A stretch of DNA of 63,870 nt, counting the filler, from Octopus bimaculoides (taxonomy: Eukaryota), in NCBI RefSeq assembly GCF_001194135.2. It is 8 parts of 8 records of this genome, joined end to end, with 100 filler letters (N's around TTAATTAATTAA, not from the genome) between each part and the next. Parts side by side here need not be neighbours in the genome. Positions count along the whole stretch, not along the records: positions 50,091 to 52,292 come from NW_026395994.1; positions 52,393 to 53,738 come from NC_068995.1; positions 53,839 to 56,561 come from NC_068984.1; positions 56,662 to 61,866 come from NC_069007.1; positions 61,967 to 63,870 come from NC_068987.1; 3 more parts are not named here. The stretch is one strand, 5' to 3'. Positions 50,133-63,035 of this stretch are shown in pieces. Each line of letters begins with the position of its first letter. Positions within the stretch are counted from its first letter, which is position 1. Below the pieces are notes generated by a model, which was not told the DNA's origin, did no database searches, and saw nothing but the letters and a program-made list of their open reading frames with translations. Made by a program: the position numbers and the translations under genes.

Positions 50133-50572
50133 AGGGGGCATGAATTTCCGATGTTGAGGAAGTTTCAACCATAGGTAATTGATACACATCAAGAAGTATT
50201 GGCAAAGTTTTCGCTTCTCATAAGGATTCTAAAACCCCCTAATGGGAGCCTTAACTCCCAAATTTTAGTCATTTTTTTATGATCCAAAACTACCTCAAAA
50301 TTATTGAATGGATCTTTATGAGTTTTGGAAATTATATTCTATGCATAAGAACAGATGTAATGCACATACACATATAAACATATATATCTTTTGAAAGTGA
50401 GGGGGCATAAATGAAGCCATAACCCTCATGAAAATTCATATATTTTTGCTGTTGATGAAATTTTAACCATAGATGTTAGATACAAATAAAGTAATATTTC
50501 TAAAGTTTCAAATTCTTAGACGTTAGTAAGACCCCTTAATGGGGGCTTAACCCGCACAATTTAGTCATTTTT
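50133..50572 (+). repeat. Two diverged ~125-145-bp direct repeats about 300 bp apart; possibly core repeats of a rolling-circle non-autonomous element
   Basis: 50152-50277 versus 50450-50572 share TGTTGA..AA.TTT.AACCATAG...AAAGTTT...CCCC.TAATGGG.GC.TTAAC...TTAGTCATTTTT, and both are preceded by AGGGGGCAT. Confidence 0.6.
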
Positions 50573-51819
50573 CCTAAGCCAAGACGAATACAATTGTACT
50601 CTTGGAAGCTGTAGGGTCACCCGAGCACAAAAGATGAGCGTTATTTGTAATTCATTGGTCCAACAGTGTAAGAGTTTGCTTTGAGATATACTTAGATTGT
50701 GATTTCTGTAATGTGGTGCATAAATTGTCAAGTAAAGGAGAGGCATTTTTGCCTCCACTGATTCAGTTGCAAAGTGTTGAGTAAATTTATTTGGTTTTTG
50801 ACCCCCTTTGAGTCATTTTATGATCACTGGGTCAGAGATAGTCCCCAGATGGTAACATTGATTTCAAGGCCTTCCCAGAAAAGTGACTGGTTATTCAAAG
50901 AGATTTATAGATTGTAAATTTATTCTGTCCANNNNNNNNNNNNNNNNNNNNNNNNNNNNNNNNNNNNNNNNNNNNNNNNNNNNNNNNNNNNNNNNNNNNN
51001 NNNNNNNNNNNNNNNNNNNNNNNNNNNNNNNNNNNNNNNNNNNNNNNNNNNNNNNNNNNNNNNNNNNNNNNNNNNNNNNNNNNNNNNNNNNNNNNNNNNN
51101 NNNNNNNNNNNNNNNNNNNNNNNNNNNNNNNNNNNNNNNNNNNNNNNNNNNNNNNNNNNNNNNNNNNNNNNNNNNNNNNNNNNNNNNNNNNNNNNNNNNN
51201 NNNNNNNNNNNNNNNNNNNNNNNNNNNNNNNNNNNNNNNNNNNNNNNNNNNNNNNNNNNNNNNNNNNNNNNNNNNNNNNNNNNNNNNNNNNNNNNNNNNN
51301 NNNNNNNNNNNNNNNNNNNNNNNNNNNNNNNNNNNNNNNNNNNNNNNNNNNNNNNNNNNNNNNNNNNNNNNNNNNNNNNNNNNNNNNNNNNNNNNNNNNN
51401 NNNNNNNNNNNNNNNNNNNNNNNNNNNNNNNNNNNNNNNNNNNNNNNNNNNNNNNNNNNNNNNNNNNNNNNNNNNNNNNNNNNNNNNNNNNNNNNNNNNN
51501 NNNNNNNNNNNNNNNNNNNNNNNNNNNNNNNNNNNNNNNNNNNNNNNNNNNNNNNNNNNNNNNNNNNNNNNNNNNNNNNNNNNNNNNNNNNNNNNNNNNN
51601 NNNNNNNNNNNNNNNNNNNNNNNNNNNNNNNNNNNNNNNNNNNNNNNNNNNNNNNNNNNNNNNNNNNNNNNNNNNNNNNNNNNNNNNNNNNNNNNNNNNN
51701 NNNNNNNNNNNNNNNNNNNNNNNNNNNNNNNNNNNNNNNNNNNNNNNNNNNNNNNNNNNNNNNNNNNNNNNNNNNNNNNNNNNNNNNNNNNNNNNNNNNN
51801 NNNNNNNNNNNNNNNNNNN

Positions 51820-51866
<47 letters not shown>

Positions 51867-52127
51867 CACACACACATACATTACCTACTCGTGATGCTAA
51901 CGTCTGCTCTGTATCGGGAAACACGAGATCTTTAGTTCAACAGCGGAAGACGAAGTGAAAAATTTTCGAAGCCCGTTCCTCTCGTTTAATTCACATAGAC
52001 ATACAGTCATAGCACCTACTACCTGTCAAGGCGTTGTGCACTCTCAGTGGTATCCTCATGAGAGGAACTAAGATGGCACTGTCTTGGCTGATGTACATCT
52101 ATGGACTATATGTATAAATATATATAT

Positions 52128-52392
52128 TCTTTTATTCTTTTACTTGTTTCTGCGACCATGCTGGAGCACCGCCTTTAGTCGATCAAATCGACCCCAGGAC
52201 TTATTCTTTGTAAACCTAGTACTTATTCTCTCGGTCTCATTAGCCGAACCGCTAAGTTACGGGGTCATAAACACACCAGCATCAGTTGTCAANNNNNNNN
52301 NNNNNNNNNNNNNNNNNNNNNNNNNNNNNNNNNNNNTTAATTAATTAANNNNNNNNNNNNNNNNNNNNNNNNNNNNNNNNNNNNNNNNNNNN

Positions 52393-52438
<46 letters not shown>

Positions 52439-52585
52439 ATATACAACGGCCTTCTCTTAGTTTCCGTCTACCAAATCCAGCCACAAGGCTTTGGTCGGCT
52501 CAAGGCTACAGATGAAGACACTTGGCTAAGATGTCAAGCAGTGACACCGAATCCGGAACCATGTTGTTGGGAAGCAAGCTACTTT
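52128..52585 (-). mobile_element. SINE family B spanning a scaffold spacer
   Basis: The tail lies at 52128-52292 and the head at 52440-52585; both match 55008-55372. Confidence 0.85.
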
Positions 52586-52854
52586 ATGTTATGTCTATGT
52601 ATATACATGCTTCTACGCATATCTGTATGTATGTATGTATATATGTATGTCTGTATACATTGTTTGCAAAATGAAGTCATTCCAACTGCTCTTAGATTCT
52701 TATGGAAACACTATCCGTACGTTCTTTCGGTGGTGTAGCGTATAGCACTTATGCAAAATATATGCGGAAAACGTATATATTAGATACCGTCATTGTGAGC
52801 ATCACATTTGAGGAAATATTTAACTGGTGGTGGTAATAATTATTATGGCCGGGC

Positions 52855-53300
52855 TCCAACCCGGACCGCAGCAAGAGAGTCCATTTGCCACACTTCTGGG
52901 TCCATTTTCACTACCTTGACGTCCTGGATATATTACAGGCCAGTTTTGAGTGAACTTCTCGATGTAATTGTGACGACGTTTTCCTGCTCTTATGTCACCA
53001 TAAAGTGGTTTCAACAGGACTAATTTGGATACTTTGCAGATGAGGGTGGTGCAAATAGTGACAAGATACTCGCAGTCGTGTCAGACTGATTTTCTCTCTA
53101 ACTTTCGACAAGTTTCCATAAAAGCATTCGTTTGTCACATGTTGCTGTCATTAAAGCCATTCGTAACATCCTTATGTAGCGTCCATTCATCCCGTTTGAT
53201 AATTTCTTTGCCAGTGTCTTTGTTTCAAAACCATATGATACAACTGATAAGAATAAGGATTTGTATAAGAAAGAGTATAATCATGATGGATATTGGATAT
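52855..53300 (-). mobile_element. RTE/RTEX-type LINE, decayed ORF2 C-terminus
   Basis: Minus frames give SVVSYGFETKTLAKKLSNGMNGRYIRMLRMAL, KVSKLVLLKPLYGDIRAGKRRHNYIEK and MDPEVWQ. These parallel SVLLYGSETWTLTK...LDGxYTRMLR, VSKLVLWxPxHGxRxRGR...YI and MxDRxxWR. Confidence 0.75.
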
Positions 53301-55007
53301 TGATGGATTAATTTCATGAACAAATTCACGAGGTAGAAGACAGACAGAATCGTTTACAATCGGAAGAGTATTCAAATATTTTTGTTCTGTAATATTCTTT
53401 AATATAAAGTAAGCAACAGACAGAATAACGTTAGAAAACACCTCCATTTACGCTTATGTGTTTAAAAATAAACATCGGATCCATGCGTGTGATAAAATTT
53501 TGCTGCCGACTGTTAAATCTTTCTATGGCTTTTAAAGATATATTTAAATACACATATACCAACACGTGCACGCGTATACAAATACACAAATAGTTTTTTC
53601 GATTCAGCGGCAAAAATGTTGTTTAAATCTATTTCAATTAAATTATATGATGCTTAACTTTATGCACATATGCAGGTATATGCACGTATATATTTGTACG
53701 CCAATAACTATGTCCGCGCATATATATATATATATATANNNNNNNNNNNNNNNNNNNNNNNNNNNNNNNNNNNNNNNNNNNNTTAATTAATTAANNNNNN
53801 NNNNNNNNNNNNNNNNNNNNNNNNNNNNNNNNNNNNNNTATATGTAAATATATGTATGAATGTGTGTGTGTTTGTGTGTGTGTGTGAGAGAGAGAGAGAG
53901 AAACAGAGGGAGGAAGGGAAGATAAGCAGAGAAGTGATAGGAAGATGGGTGATAGAGAAGAGGAGGGAATAGAGAAAAGTGAGAGGGAAAGTGTGAGATC
54001 GAAAGAGTTAAAAGAAAGGGAAATAGACGTGAGCGAGAGCGACAAGGAAAATAGAGGAGGAGGAGGAGAGAGAGAGATTTAAAGCCAGTCAATAACGTTA
54101 TATTGGATGGAATAAGAGGAAGAGACGGTGGAAAGGATTTAGTTTGAGAGAAGCTAAGTCAAACAATAAGATTTAAGATTCAATTTGAGCAAAAGTTAAG
54201 TCAACAACAAGGTTAATATTTAATTTGAGCGTAGTTAAGTCAATATAAGGTGAGCTAACAAACTGAATTTACAGACACGGCAAAAGAATCAGAGCAAACA
54301 TTCAAAGCAGAAAGTTATGAAGAAATATGAGAAAATCTATAGTGAATCTGACTTAATTCAACAACGCTTATGAAGTAACGAAAGAGAGATAGATGGAGAG
54401 AGAGACAGTAGAAAGACAGGAAAAGACCGATAGAAATAGCTTAAATTAGAATTTTCTTTTTTCAATATGATGTAACCAGACTGTTATTGTTAATCCCTAG
54501 ATCAGCCTTGCTCGGAGAGACCTATGATTAAGGACGCTCCCACCATAACTACCAGGTTTTATTTATTTATTTGAATGAAATTTATACAATTCAGAACGTT
54601 CTTCCCTTTTTAAAACAGTAAGNNNNNNNNNNNNNNNNNNNNNNNNNNNNNNNNNNNNNNNNNNNNNNNNNNNNNNNNNNNNNNNNNNNNNNNNNNNNNN
54701 NNNNNNNNNNNNNNNNNNNNNNNNNNNNNNNNNNNNNNNNNNNNNNNNNNNNNNNNNNNNNNNNNNNNNNNNNNNNNNNNNNNNNNNNNNNNNNNNNNNN
54801 NNNNNNNNNNNNNNNNNNNNNNNNNNNNNNNNNNNNNNNNNNNNNNNNNNNNNNNNNNNNNNNNNNNNNNNNNNNNNNNNNNNNNNNNNNNNNNNNNNNN
54901 NNNNNNNNNNNNNNNNNNNNNNNNNNNNNNNNNNNNNNNNNNNNNNNNNNNNNNNNNNNNNNNNNNNNNNNNNNNNNNNNNNNNNNNNNNNNNNNNNNNN
55001 NNNNNNA

Positions 55008-55372
55008 CTTGTTTCAGTCATTTGACTGCGGCCATGCTGGAGCACTGCCTTTAATCGAGCAAATCGACCCTAGGACTTATTCTTTGTAAGCCTAGTACTT
55101 ATTCTATCGGTCTCTTTTGCCGTACCGCTAAGTTACGGGGACGTAAACATACCAGCATCGGTTGTCAAGCGATGCTGGGGGGACAAGCACACACACACAC
55201 ATATATATATAAACATATATACGACGGGCTTCTTTCAGTTTCCGTCTACCAAATCCACTCATAAGGCTTTGGTCGGCCCAAGGCTATAGTAGAATACACT
55301 TGCCCAAGGTGCCACGCAGTGGGACTGAACCCGGAACCATGTGGTTGGTAAGTAAGCTACTTACCACACAGC
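55008..55372 (-). mobile_element. SINE family B, full-length, little diverged
   Basis: Reverse complement of the 28622-29023 copy along its length. Confidence 0.9.
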
Positions 55373-55454
55373 TATAACAATTTTCTATACAATTCATAAT
55401 ATTTAATTATAAAAATATTGTAGGATTTTCTTTTTAAACATTGAATAGCTATGG

Positions 55455-55522
55455 GAGTCCAAGAGGGCAAAATAGGAATCAGAGGGATCCATAAGCAAAA
55501 AAAAAATGGTTGGAAACTACTG
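55455..55522 (+). mobile_element. Possible 3' end of a hAT/Charlie-type MITE
   Basis: GGGATCCATAAGCAAAAAAAAATGGTTGGAAACTACTG resembles the reverse complement of a CAGTGGTTCCCAAC TIR. Similar TIR-like words occur at about 396-409 and 430-443. No partner TIR was found. Confidence 0.3.
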
Positions 55523-56187
55523 ACTTAAACCAAAAACCATTATAGGGCAAATTCTAGGGAAAATAAGTTCTACATATTAATACATGAAATATAGTCAGTG
55601 AAAAAAGAAAACATTTACTAATTAAGTCACTGCCAGAATTAGCAAACGAAAACGCTCCAGAAATATGTAAATGCTGAAAAATGAAGCGAAGGAGATAACT
55701 CCCCATAAGATAGGAACATTTTGGACAAAATAGCCAAAGCAAATTGGAGTCGAACTGATCTTTATGGACAACTAGCGGGAATAACGAACACTAAAGTATT
55801 ATTAGATCTCCCCGAATGACACTAATTATGAATATCATTATTATAGCTGAAGGACAATACCAAGGAACGTTTAATGTACCGTATCTACACAGTAGGATAT
55901 TGCATTTGTAATAGGGTGGGTTGTAAAAAAATTCAATCACCTAAAATTATCCAAGCAATTAGGAGGCGCTTGAAATATTTAAAACACACGAATAAACAAA
56001 AAAGCAACAGAGATAACTTTGATAAGAGGAAATCCAAATTTGTCAATATAGATAAAGCAAAACTGGAGAGAAAATCGCTTGCCTTATCGTGTGCTAGTGA
56101 TCACTAACTACACACACACACGCGCATGGACTTTTAGTAGGTATGTGGTTAAAATGTGCCTTCAGCTCATATCTCATAGGAAAACGA

Positions 56188-56217
<30 letters not shown>

Positions 56218-56218
<1 letters not shown>

Positions 56219-56440
56219 GAGCCGTGTGGTTTAGTGGTTAGGGTATCAGCATCATGATCATAAGATTGTAGTTTCGATTCCTGGACCGGGCGACGCGTTG
56301 TGTTCTTGAGCAAAACACTTCATTTCACGTTGCTCTAGTCCACTCAGTTGGCAAAAATGAGTAACGCTGCGATGGACTGACATCCCGTCCAGCGGGGGAA
56401 CACATACGCCAATGAAGCGGGAAAGGCTTTAAAAAGGCGC
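56218..56440 (+). mobile_element. tRNA-headed SINE family C (CORE-like block plus V-domain-like block)
   Basis: TGGTTTAGTGGTTAGG (A box), GTTTCGATTCCT (B box), TGTTCTTGAGCAAAACACTT, GCTGCGATGGACTGACATCCCGTCCAG. Domain names are from recall. Confidence 0.75.
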
Positions 56441-56561
56441 TGTGGTAAGTAGCTTGCTTACCAACCACATGGTTCTGGGTTCAGTCCCACTGCGTGGCAC
56501 CTTGGGCAAGTATCTTCTACTATAGCCTCGGGCCGACCAAAGGTTTGTGAGTGGATTTGGT
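56439..56561 (+). mobile_element. SINE family B head, fused to the C tail and cut by a gap
   Basis: GCTGTGGTAAGTAGCTTGCTTACCAACCACATGG...GCACCTTGGGCAAG. Confidence 0.85.
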
Positions 56562-56761
56562 NNNNNNNNNNNNNNNNNNNNNNNNNNNNNNNNNNNNNNN
56601 NNNNNTTAATTAATTAANNNNNNNNNNNNNNNNNNNNNNNNNNNNNNNNNNNNNNNNNNNNTATATGTATATATATATGCACATATATACATACATATTA
56701 ATATATACCTGTATATAGACACAGCAGATCAATGGTGCATCATTCACAGAAAACGTTCGTC

Positions 56762-56820
<59 letters not shown>

Positions 56821-56900
56821 GATAAATAGCAACAACAACATCGACAAGAACAATAACAATAATAATAATAATATGATCAATAACAAAAACAGCAACAGTA
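56762..56900. repeat. (AAT)n/(AAC)n microsatellite
   Basis: Directly visible. Confidence 0.9.
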
Positions 56901-57339
56901 ATATCAGACACGAAACCAGTGTGCACGCATTCCACAACTGGAATGAAACAACAAATCACAGAAAAAAAAAAAAAAATGAGCATACATACAAGCGAAACGC
57001 CTTTCCCAAAATACGAACAAAATGGACGCTTGTACAAAGATAGAATGATGAGCAAGAGCGAATATGTTACGAAAGAAAGAGATAGAGAGGGAGAGGGGAA
57101 AAAAAAAAGAAAAACAGAAAACCGAAATAATTTAATATATAAATAAATAAGAAGAAAATGAAATGCTATGAATGCACAATAGAATACAGTATCTCACTTA
57201 ACATGGTAGAATGCATTTCAGAAGTGCATTAATAAAAAATTCTAAGCGGGACCTGTTCAACATGGCTGTCAAAGAACGGTATCTGTAAAGCATGTTGCAT
57301 AATGGAGACACTTAATAATATTGATAATAATATTAAGAA

Positions 57340-57385
57340 TAGTATAAACATCAATGATAATAAACTTAATGAAAATAAAATCATA

Positions 57386-57452
<67 letters not shown>

Positions 57453-57481
57453 TTAATAGTAATAGAATAATAATAATATTA

Positions 57482-57521
<40 letters not shown>

Positions 57522-57533
57522 TTAATAGTAATA

Positions 57534-57604
<71 letters not shown>

Positions 57605-57615
57605 GTAATAGAATA

Positions 57616-57652
<37 letters not shown>

Positions 57653-57735
57653 TTAATAATAATAATATTAATAATAATAATATTATTAATAATAATAATA
57701 ATAATAATAATAAGAATAATAAGAATAAGAATAAA
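57340..57735. repeat. Large (AAT)n array with repeated internal AATAGTAATAGAAT motif
   Basis: The motif is seen at about 57455, 57524 and 57601; the first two copies are 69 nt apart. Confidence 0.95.
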
Positions 57736-57775
57736 ATTGTACAAAATATAATGATGATAATATTAAAAATAGTAG

Positions 57776-58225
57776 AATGCGGTGAAGTGGCAGAATAGTC
57801 AGTACACTTCGCAAAATGCTTAGCGGCAATTCGTTTCCTACGTTCTGGGTTCGATTTCTGCCAAGGGTTGAATCTGCCTTATATTCTGCCAGGGTCAATG
57901 AAATGGGTTCCGCACAGGGTTCAATATAATCGACTTGCTCCGCGTCTAACATTTCCGGCTTTGTGCCTGTGGTGTATATAGTTAGAGCGTTGCATGTCTT
58001 CGATAGCAAAATCGTTGTTTTGATTCCCGGACAGAAGGGGTACCTTGTCTTTTCCGAGCAAATCACTTTATTTCGCATTGTTCAAAGGCCACTCAGCTGT
58101 AAGCGATGAGTTCCAGTAATAATTGGGAAGTTAACCATACGATGGACTGGCGTCCTATTCAGGAAGATTGTATGATCTCGATCACTTATACACTATGTTA
58201 ATCGAGTAACAGGGCCTATGAAACC
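57776..58225 (+). mobile_element. Old diverged SINE A copy followed by old SINE C copy
   Basis: AAATGCTTAGCGGC...TACGTTCTGGGTTCGATTTC (A), then TTTTGATTCCCGGAC...CCACTCAGCTG...CGATGGACTGGCGTCC (C). Confidence 0.6.
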
Positions 58226-58273
58226 TAGGAGACTAGACATTAATATATGAACAAAAAATATGTACGAGGCAAG

Positions 58274-58375
<102 letters not shown>

Positions 58376-58503
58376 AAATGAGTACATCTATATAATATCC
58401 AGTTAGACTTACCAATAACCCAACATCATATAGGAAAGCATGTATGTATACATATACACACATACATATGTATATACATACCTGCATATGTATCAATCAA
58501 TCA

Positions 58504-58542
<39 letters not shown>

Positions 58543-58563
58543 CATCAATCCATCCATCCATCC

Positions 58564-58619
<56 letters not shown>

Positions 58620-58885
58620 GTATGCATATGTATATGTGTTTATATAGTTATATATGCGTGTGTGTTTGTGGGCGCACGCGCGCGCGTGTGGCAGTGTGTT
58701 TCTGGCAGGTCTAGCTAAATGTGATAAAATCGTTTCGAAATTAGAAAATTCCACTTGAAGGTATAATATTAGGTTTTGACAAAGACAGAAGATGAGACAG
58801 AATTAGATCAAAACTAAATTAAAGGATGTACCAAAACAACAGACTGCAAAACAAATGTAAGACAGCGAGGATATGACAAAAGAAG

Positions 58886-59048
<163 letters not shown>

Positions 59049-59249
59049 GGGTGTGTGAGAGAGAGTTAAAATGAAGATATTTTGGCTTGGCCGTATTAGG
59101 CCTGTGTAGAAGCCGGAATGAATAGCCGTGAATAGCCGGAAAGAAATCTATAGGTATAAATCTACTAGTTGTGCCAATAATACATTAGGGAAACATACAA
59201 ACTCACAAACACACACATTCATACACACACACATGTCAACACACACCCA

Positions 59250-59290
<41 letters not shown>

Positions 59291-59760
59291 ATATGTCTAT
59301 ACACGCACATACACAGACACACATCTACGTGTGTGGATGGTGCAATTTTTAATATAATAAGTCAAAGAGGAGGAATGGGGATTGATGAGATTACACTGAA
59401 GAATACCAAGGAATGTACTCACCTCCAAGACACACAGACATTCGCATCAGAATAAAAGCAAAAAGAAAACAAGAAAAATGGGGAGAGAAACAAAAAAAGG
59501 GAAAAGACAAAAAATGGTGAATGCAAAAACGTAAACTAATTATAGAAATTTAAAGTGCATTAGCCAACGGCACACGTTGATGGACTATATTTATCAAGGA
59601 AGACAATGACATATGCAGGCATACACACACATATACATATTTACACACATACACACACACATACTTATGCATACATAGATACACACACAAAGTATCAAAC
59701 TTACGCACACATTCTCATACGCATGCATATACAATGAAATGTAGTGTTATAACTATATAT

Positions 59761-59802
<42 letters not shown>

Positions 59803-59924
59803 TTATATATTTATATATACATACATATATATACATATACATGTGTGGACACATACCTACCTACATAAGCTATGAATAGGTGCGTATGTGTTTATGTATG
59901 TATGTATGTACGTACGTACGTGCG

Positions 59925-59955
<31 letters not shown>

Positions 59956-60382
59956 ACATAGGTAGGTAGTGGGATGCGCTAGGTCGTCATGGAAATAGGA
60001 ATACTAAATTTAGAAATATCAGTCTATGAAATCAGTCACGACAGCAGTCGTTCAGAGGAAGGGGGAAAAAAGATGGCGGCAAAATGGTCGAAGATTAATA
60101 AATATACTATGAAAGGTGAACAGCAGAAATATAAATTAATATCTATTGAACAAGAAGAGCGGAAGATATAACAGAAGAAGCTGTGTGAATCAAGCAGTAA
60201 AGATCGGATTGCAAAAATAAATTCAAAAGAAAGTTAAGTTTATTTATAATCGCAGGCAAGGCTGCAGTTAAGATGTTCGTTTCGAAATCACTGGTTCAAT
60301 TCTGTTGCGTGGTACTCTGGCAAATTGTGTGTCTCCCATTTAAACACTTTTATTACATTTAGAGGGACCTACCAATAGCACT

Positions 60383-60615
60383 CAAGCGTGGATGTGTTGT
60401 AAGAAGCTTGCTTCCCAACCACATGGTTTCGGGTTCAGTCCCACTGCTTGGAAACTTAGGCAAGTCTTTTCTACTATAGCCTTGGGTCGACCAAAGCCTC
60501 GTGAGTGGATTTGGTAAACTGAAACTGATAGAATCCTGTCGTAAAATAAGTACCCGGCATCAAGGCGTTGCCCCAGCATGACCGTTGTCTAATAATTAAA
60601 ACATAAAAGATAAAG
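60383..60615 (+). mobile_element. SINE family B with internal deletion
   Basis: The head and CORE-like block are present, and are joined to a diverged tail GGCGTTGCCCCAGCATGACC. Confidence 0.75.
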
Positions 60616-60949
60616 ATATACATATATATTATTCAATAAATATAGTTTATATTTTTATGAGCTACTGATGGATTTATGTGATGAAATCAACTCAGACAGT
60701 CTTTTATAACATGCTTGGTGCCTTCATACAATTCTCAGGCTCTGCTCACGTGGTATAAAATGCTAAAACAGGGTGATAGAATACGAGAGAATACGAGAAA
60801 GGGCGTGTAGAATGTAGATGTAAAAGGTGGAAGGTTGAAAACATCGGAAAACAAAACAGAAAAAAGGGAAAAGAGGGAGATTAGAGTCATGTCCCCTTTG
60901 ACCGTAAAGACAAAAGGCTAAATGGATAGGAGTCTAGAATCTGTGGTAC

Positions 60950-61350
60950 AGCTGCTCAGTCTGGAGAGTGTAATATTTTGCAATTCGCCAACGGGAACTT
61001 ATCTCTATGTTTACATCCGTTGAACGTTTCAGATCTGAAATTAAGGAGTGAAGTAGACTTCTTAAATCTGGAAAGGGTCTGTAATCTTTCAGCTATGCAT
61101 GTTTTTGATCCGTGGACATATGGTTTGGACTTTTCAGCTATTTTCCACTTGTAAGTGTGTGCTGCAGCATTAGACTTCACACCCCATGCGCGTCTAACTA
61201 CGTTGTAGTTTTACTTTTGTCCCTGTGCTAGAAGAAAGATATGTGGTTAGTATACCGATTTTTGAAGCTGTCTCCACACAGCACAATGTAGCTCTACTTT
61301 CCGGTTATGAGCGCCTGTTGAATATTTTCTGTACCTGTGACTCACGGAGA
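60950..61350 (-). mobile_element. Second Penelope-like element: decayed GIY-YIG domain and C-terminus
   Basis: Minus frames give YIVLCGDSFKNRYTNHISFF*HRDKSKTTT /frameshift/ WGVKSN...YKWKIAEKSKPYVHGSKTC...SLLNFRSETFNGCKHRDKFPLAN. This matches the Penelope C-terminal IKWKI..K..PY..G.K.C...LLNxRSE...CxHRxKFxL. Confidence 0.85.
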
Positions 61351-61362
61351 AATGTTCACCCC

Positions 61363-61404
<42 letters not shown>

Positions 61405-61462
61405 CGATGATGATGATGATGACGATGATGTTGATGACGATGACGACGACGACGACGACGAC

Positions 61463-61515
<53 letters not shown>

Positions 61516-61630
61516 CGATGATGATGATGATGATGACGACGACGATGATGATGATGATGATGGCGATCATGATACTGGAGATGACGATGATGATGACGCC
61601 ACGGAGGTCGGTGATAGCGATCATGATGAT
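61363..61630. repeat. (GAT/GAC)n trinucleotide array
   Basis: Directly visible; abuts the Penelope remnant. Confidence 0.95.
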
Positions 61631-62090
61631 GACGACGATGATGTTGATAAATAAACAGTGTTACTGTTGTTGCTGCTGTTGCGGCTGCTGCAGCTAATAG
61701 TGCTGCTGCTGATGATGATGATGGTGATGATCATCATGATGACGGAAGAGAAGAGAAGACGGCGGTGACGGCAGAAACGCTGACGGCGGAGGCAACGACA
61801 ACAACGAGGATAATGAGACTGATGATCATGAAATTAATCGATTAAAATCAAGTCACAGCAGCAGCANNNNNNNNNNNNNNNNNNNNNNNNNNNNNNNNNN
61901 NNNNNNNNNNTTAATTAATTAANNNNNNNNNNNNNNNNNNNNNNNNNNNNNNNNNNNNNNNNNNNNTATATATATATATATGTATATATATTTAAAGAGA
62001 GAGAGAGGGAGAGAGAGAAGGGAGAGATGTATATTATATATATATAAACATATAGATATATCAATACGTATACGTATAGATATACACATA

Positions 62091-62302
62091 TGGCGAGCGG
62101 GTAGAATGGCTATATTGTTGAAGAAATACTCTGCAGTATTACTTCTGACTCCTTACGTTCTGAGTTCAAATGCCGCCGGGGTCAACTTTGCCATTCATCC
62201 CTCTGGGGTCGAGAAAAGAAAATACCAGTCAAGAACTTGAGACATCGATAAACCCACTCCTTTTAATTAAAACTACGGGCTTTTTACCAAAATTTGAAAC
62301 CA
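62091..62302 (+). mobile_element. SINE family A, diverged
   Basis: TACGTTCTGAGTTCAAATGCCGCCGGGGTCAACTTTGCCATTCATCC...CCAAAATTTGAAACCA. Confidence 0.8.
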
Positions 62303-62357
62303 TACATACATATAACACACACACACACACACACACATATACATATATATATACATA

Positions 62358-62390
<33 letters not shown>

Positions 62391-62896
62391 TATGCACATG
62401 CATACATACTTACGCTCATACATCTGCAATAATTTATTGTGATTTTGTGGAAACACTTGAATGTAAATATGCTGATGAATCTACATAAAATATTAGAAAA
62501 ATTCCTAGCGTTCCTCCTAAAGCCGATAAAACTTTGGAATACAATTATATAAGAATGGAAAAAAAAATAGCTTTATATTTCTGTCACTAACCGTATCGTA
62601 TAGACATGAAAAAATAAGTGTTATCATGGAAACTGGGATATATAGTAAGATGATAAACACGATAATTAGGAACATATGGGTATTTAGGGTCGTCTTACAA
62701 ATTCTCTAATTCGTTTATAGGAATCTCATTCCATTCTGTTTAATAACAGCGACATTATGACTCTTTAGTGTTCTAGAGAACGTGGCTCTTTACATGAATG
62801 GCAACTGAAAATTATATGATGGCTGTATGGGTAAACCGAAAGAAAAATACCATGTATGTATGTATGTATGTATGTGTGTGTGTGTATGTGTGCATG

Positions 62897-62959
<63 letters not shown>

Positions 62960-62970
62960 CNNNNNNNNNN

Positions 62971-63035
<65 letters not shown>

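Noticed and set aside
60930-61153. Plus-strand 74-codon open frame with three N-glycosylation sequons ending at a perfect CTT|GTAAGT donor
   Set aside because: The opposite strand is clearly a Penelope GIY-YIG C-terminus, so the plus frame is its antisense shadow. Exonisation cannot be excluded without RNA data.
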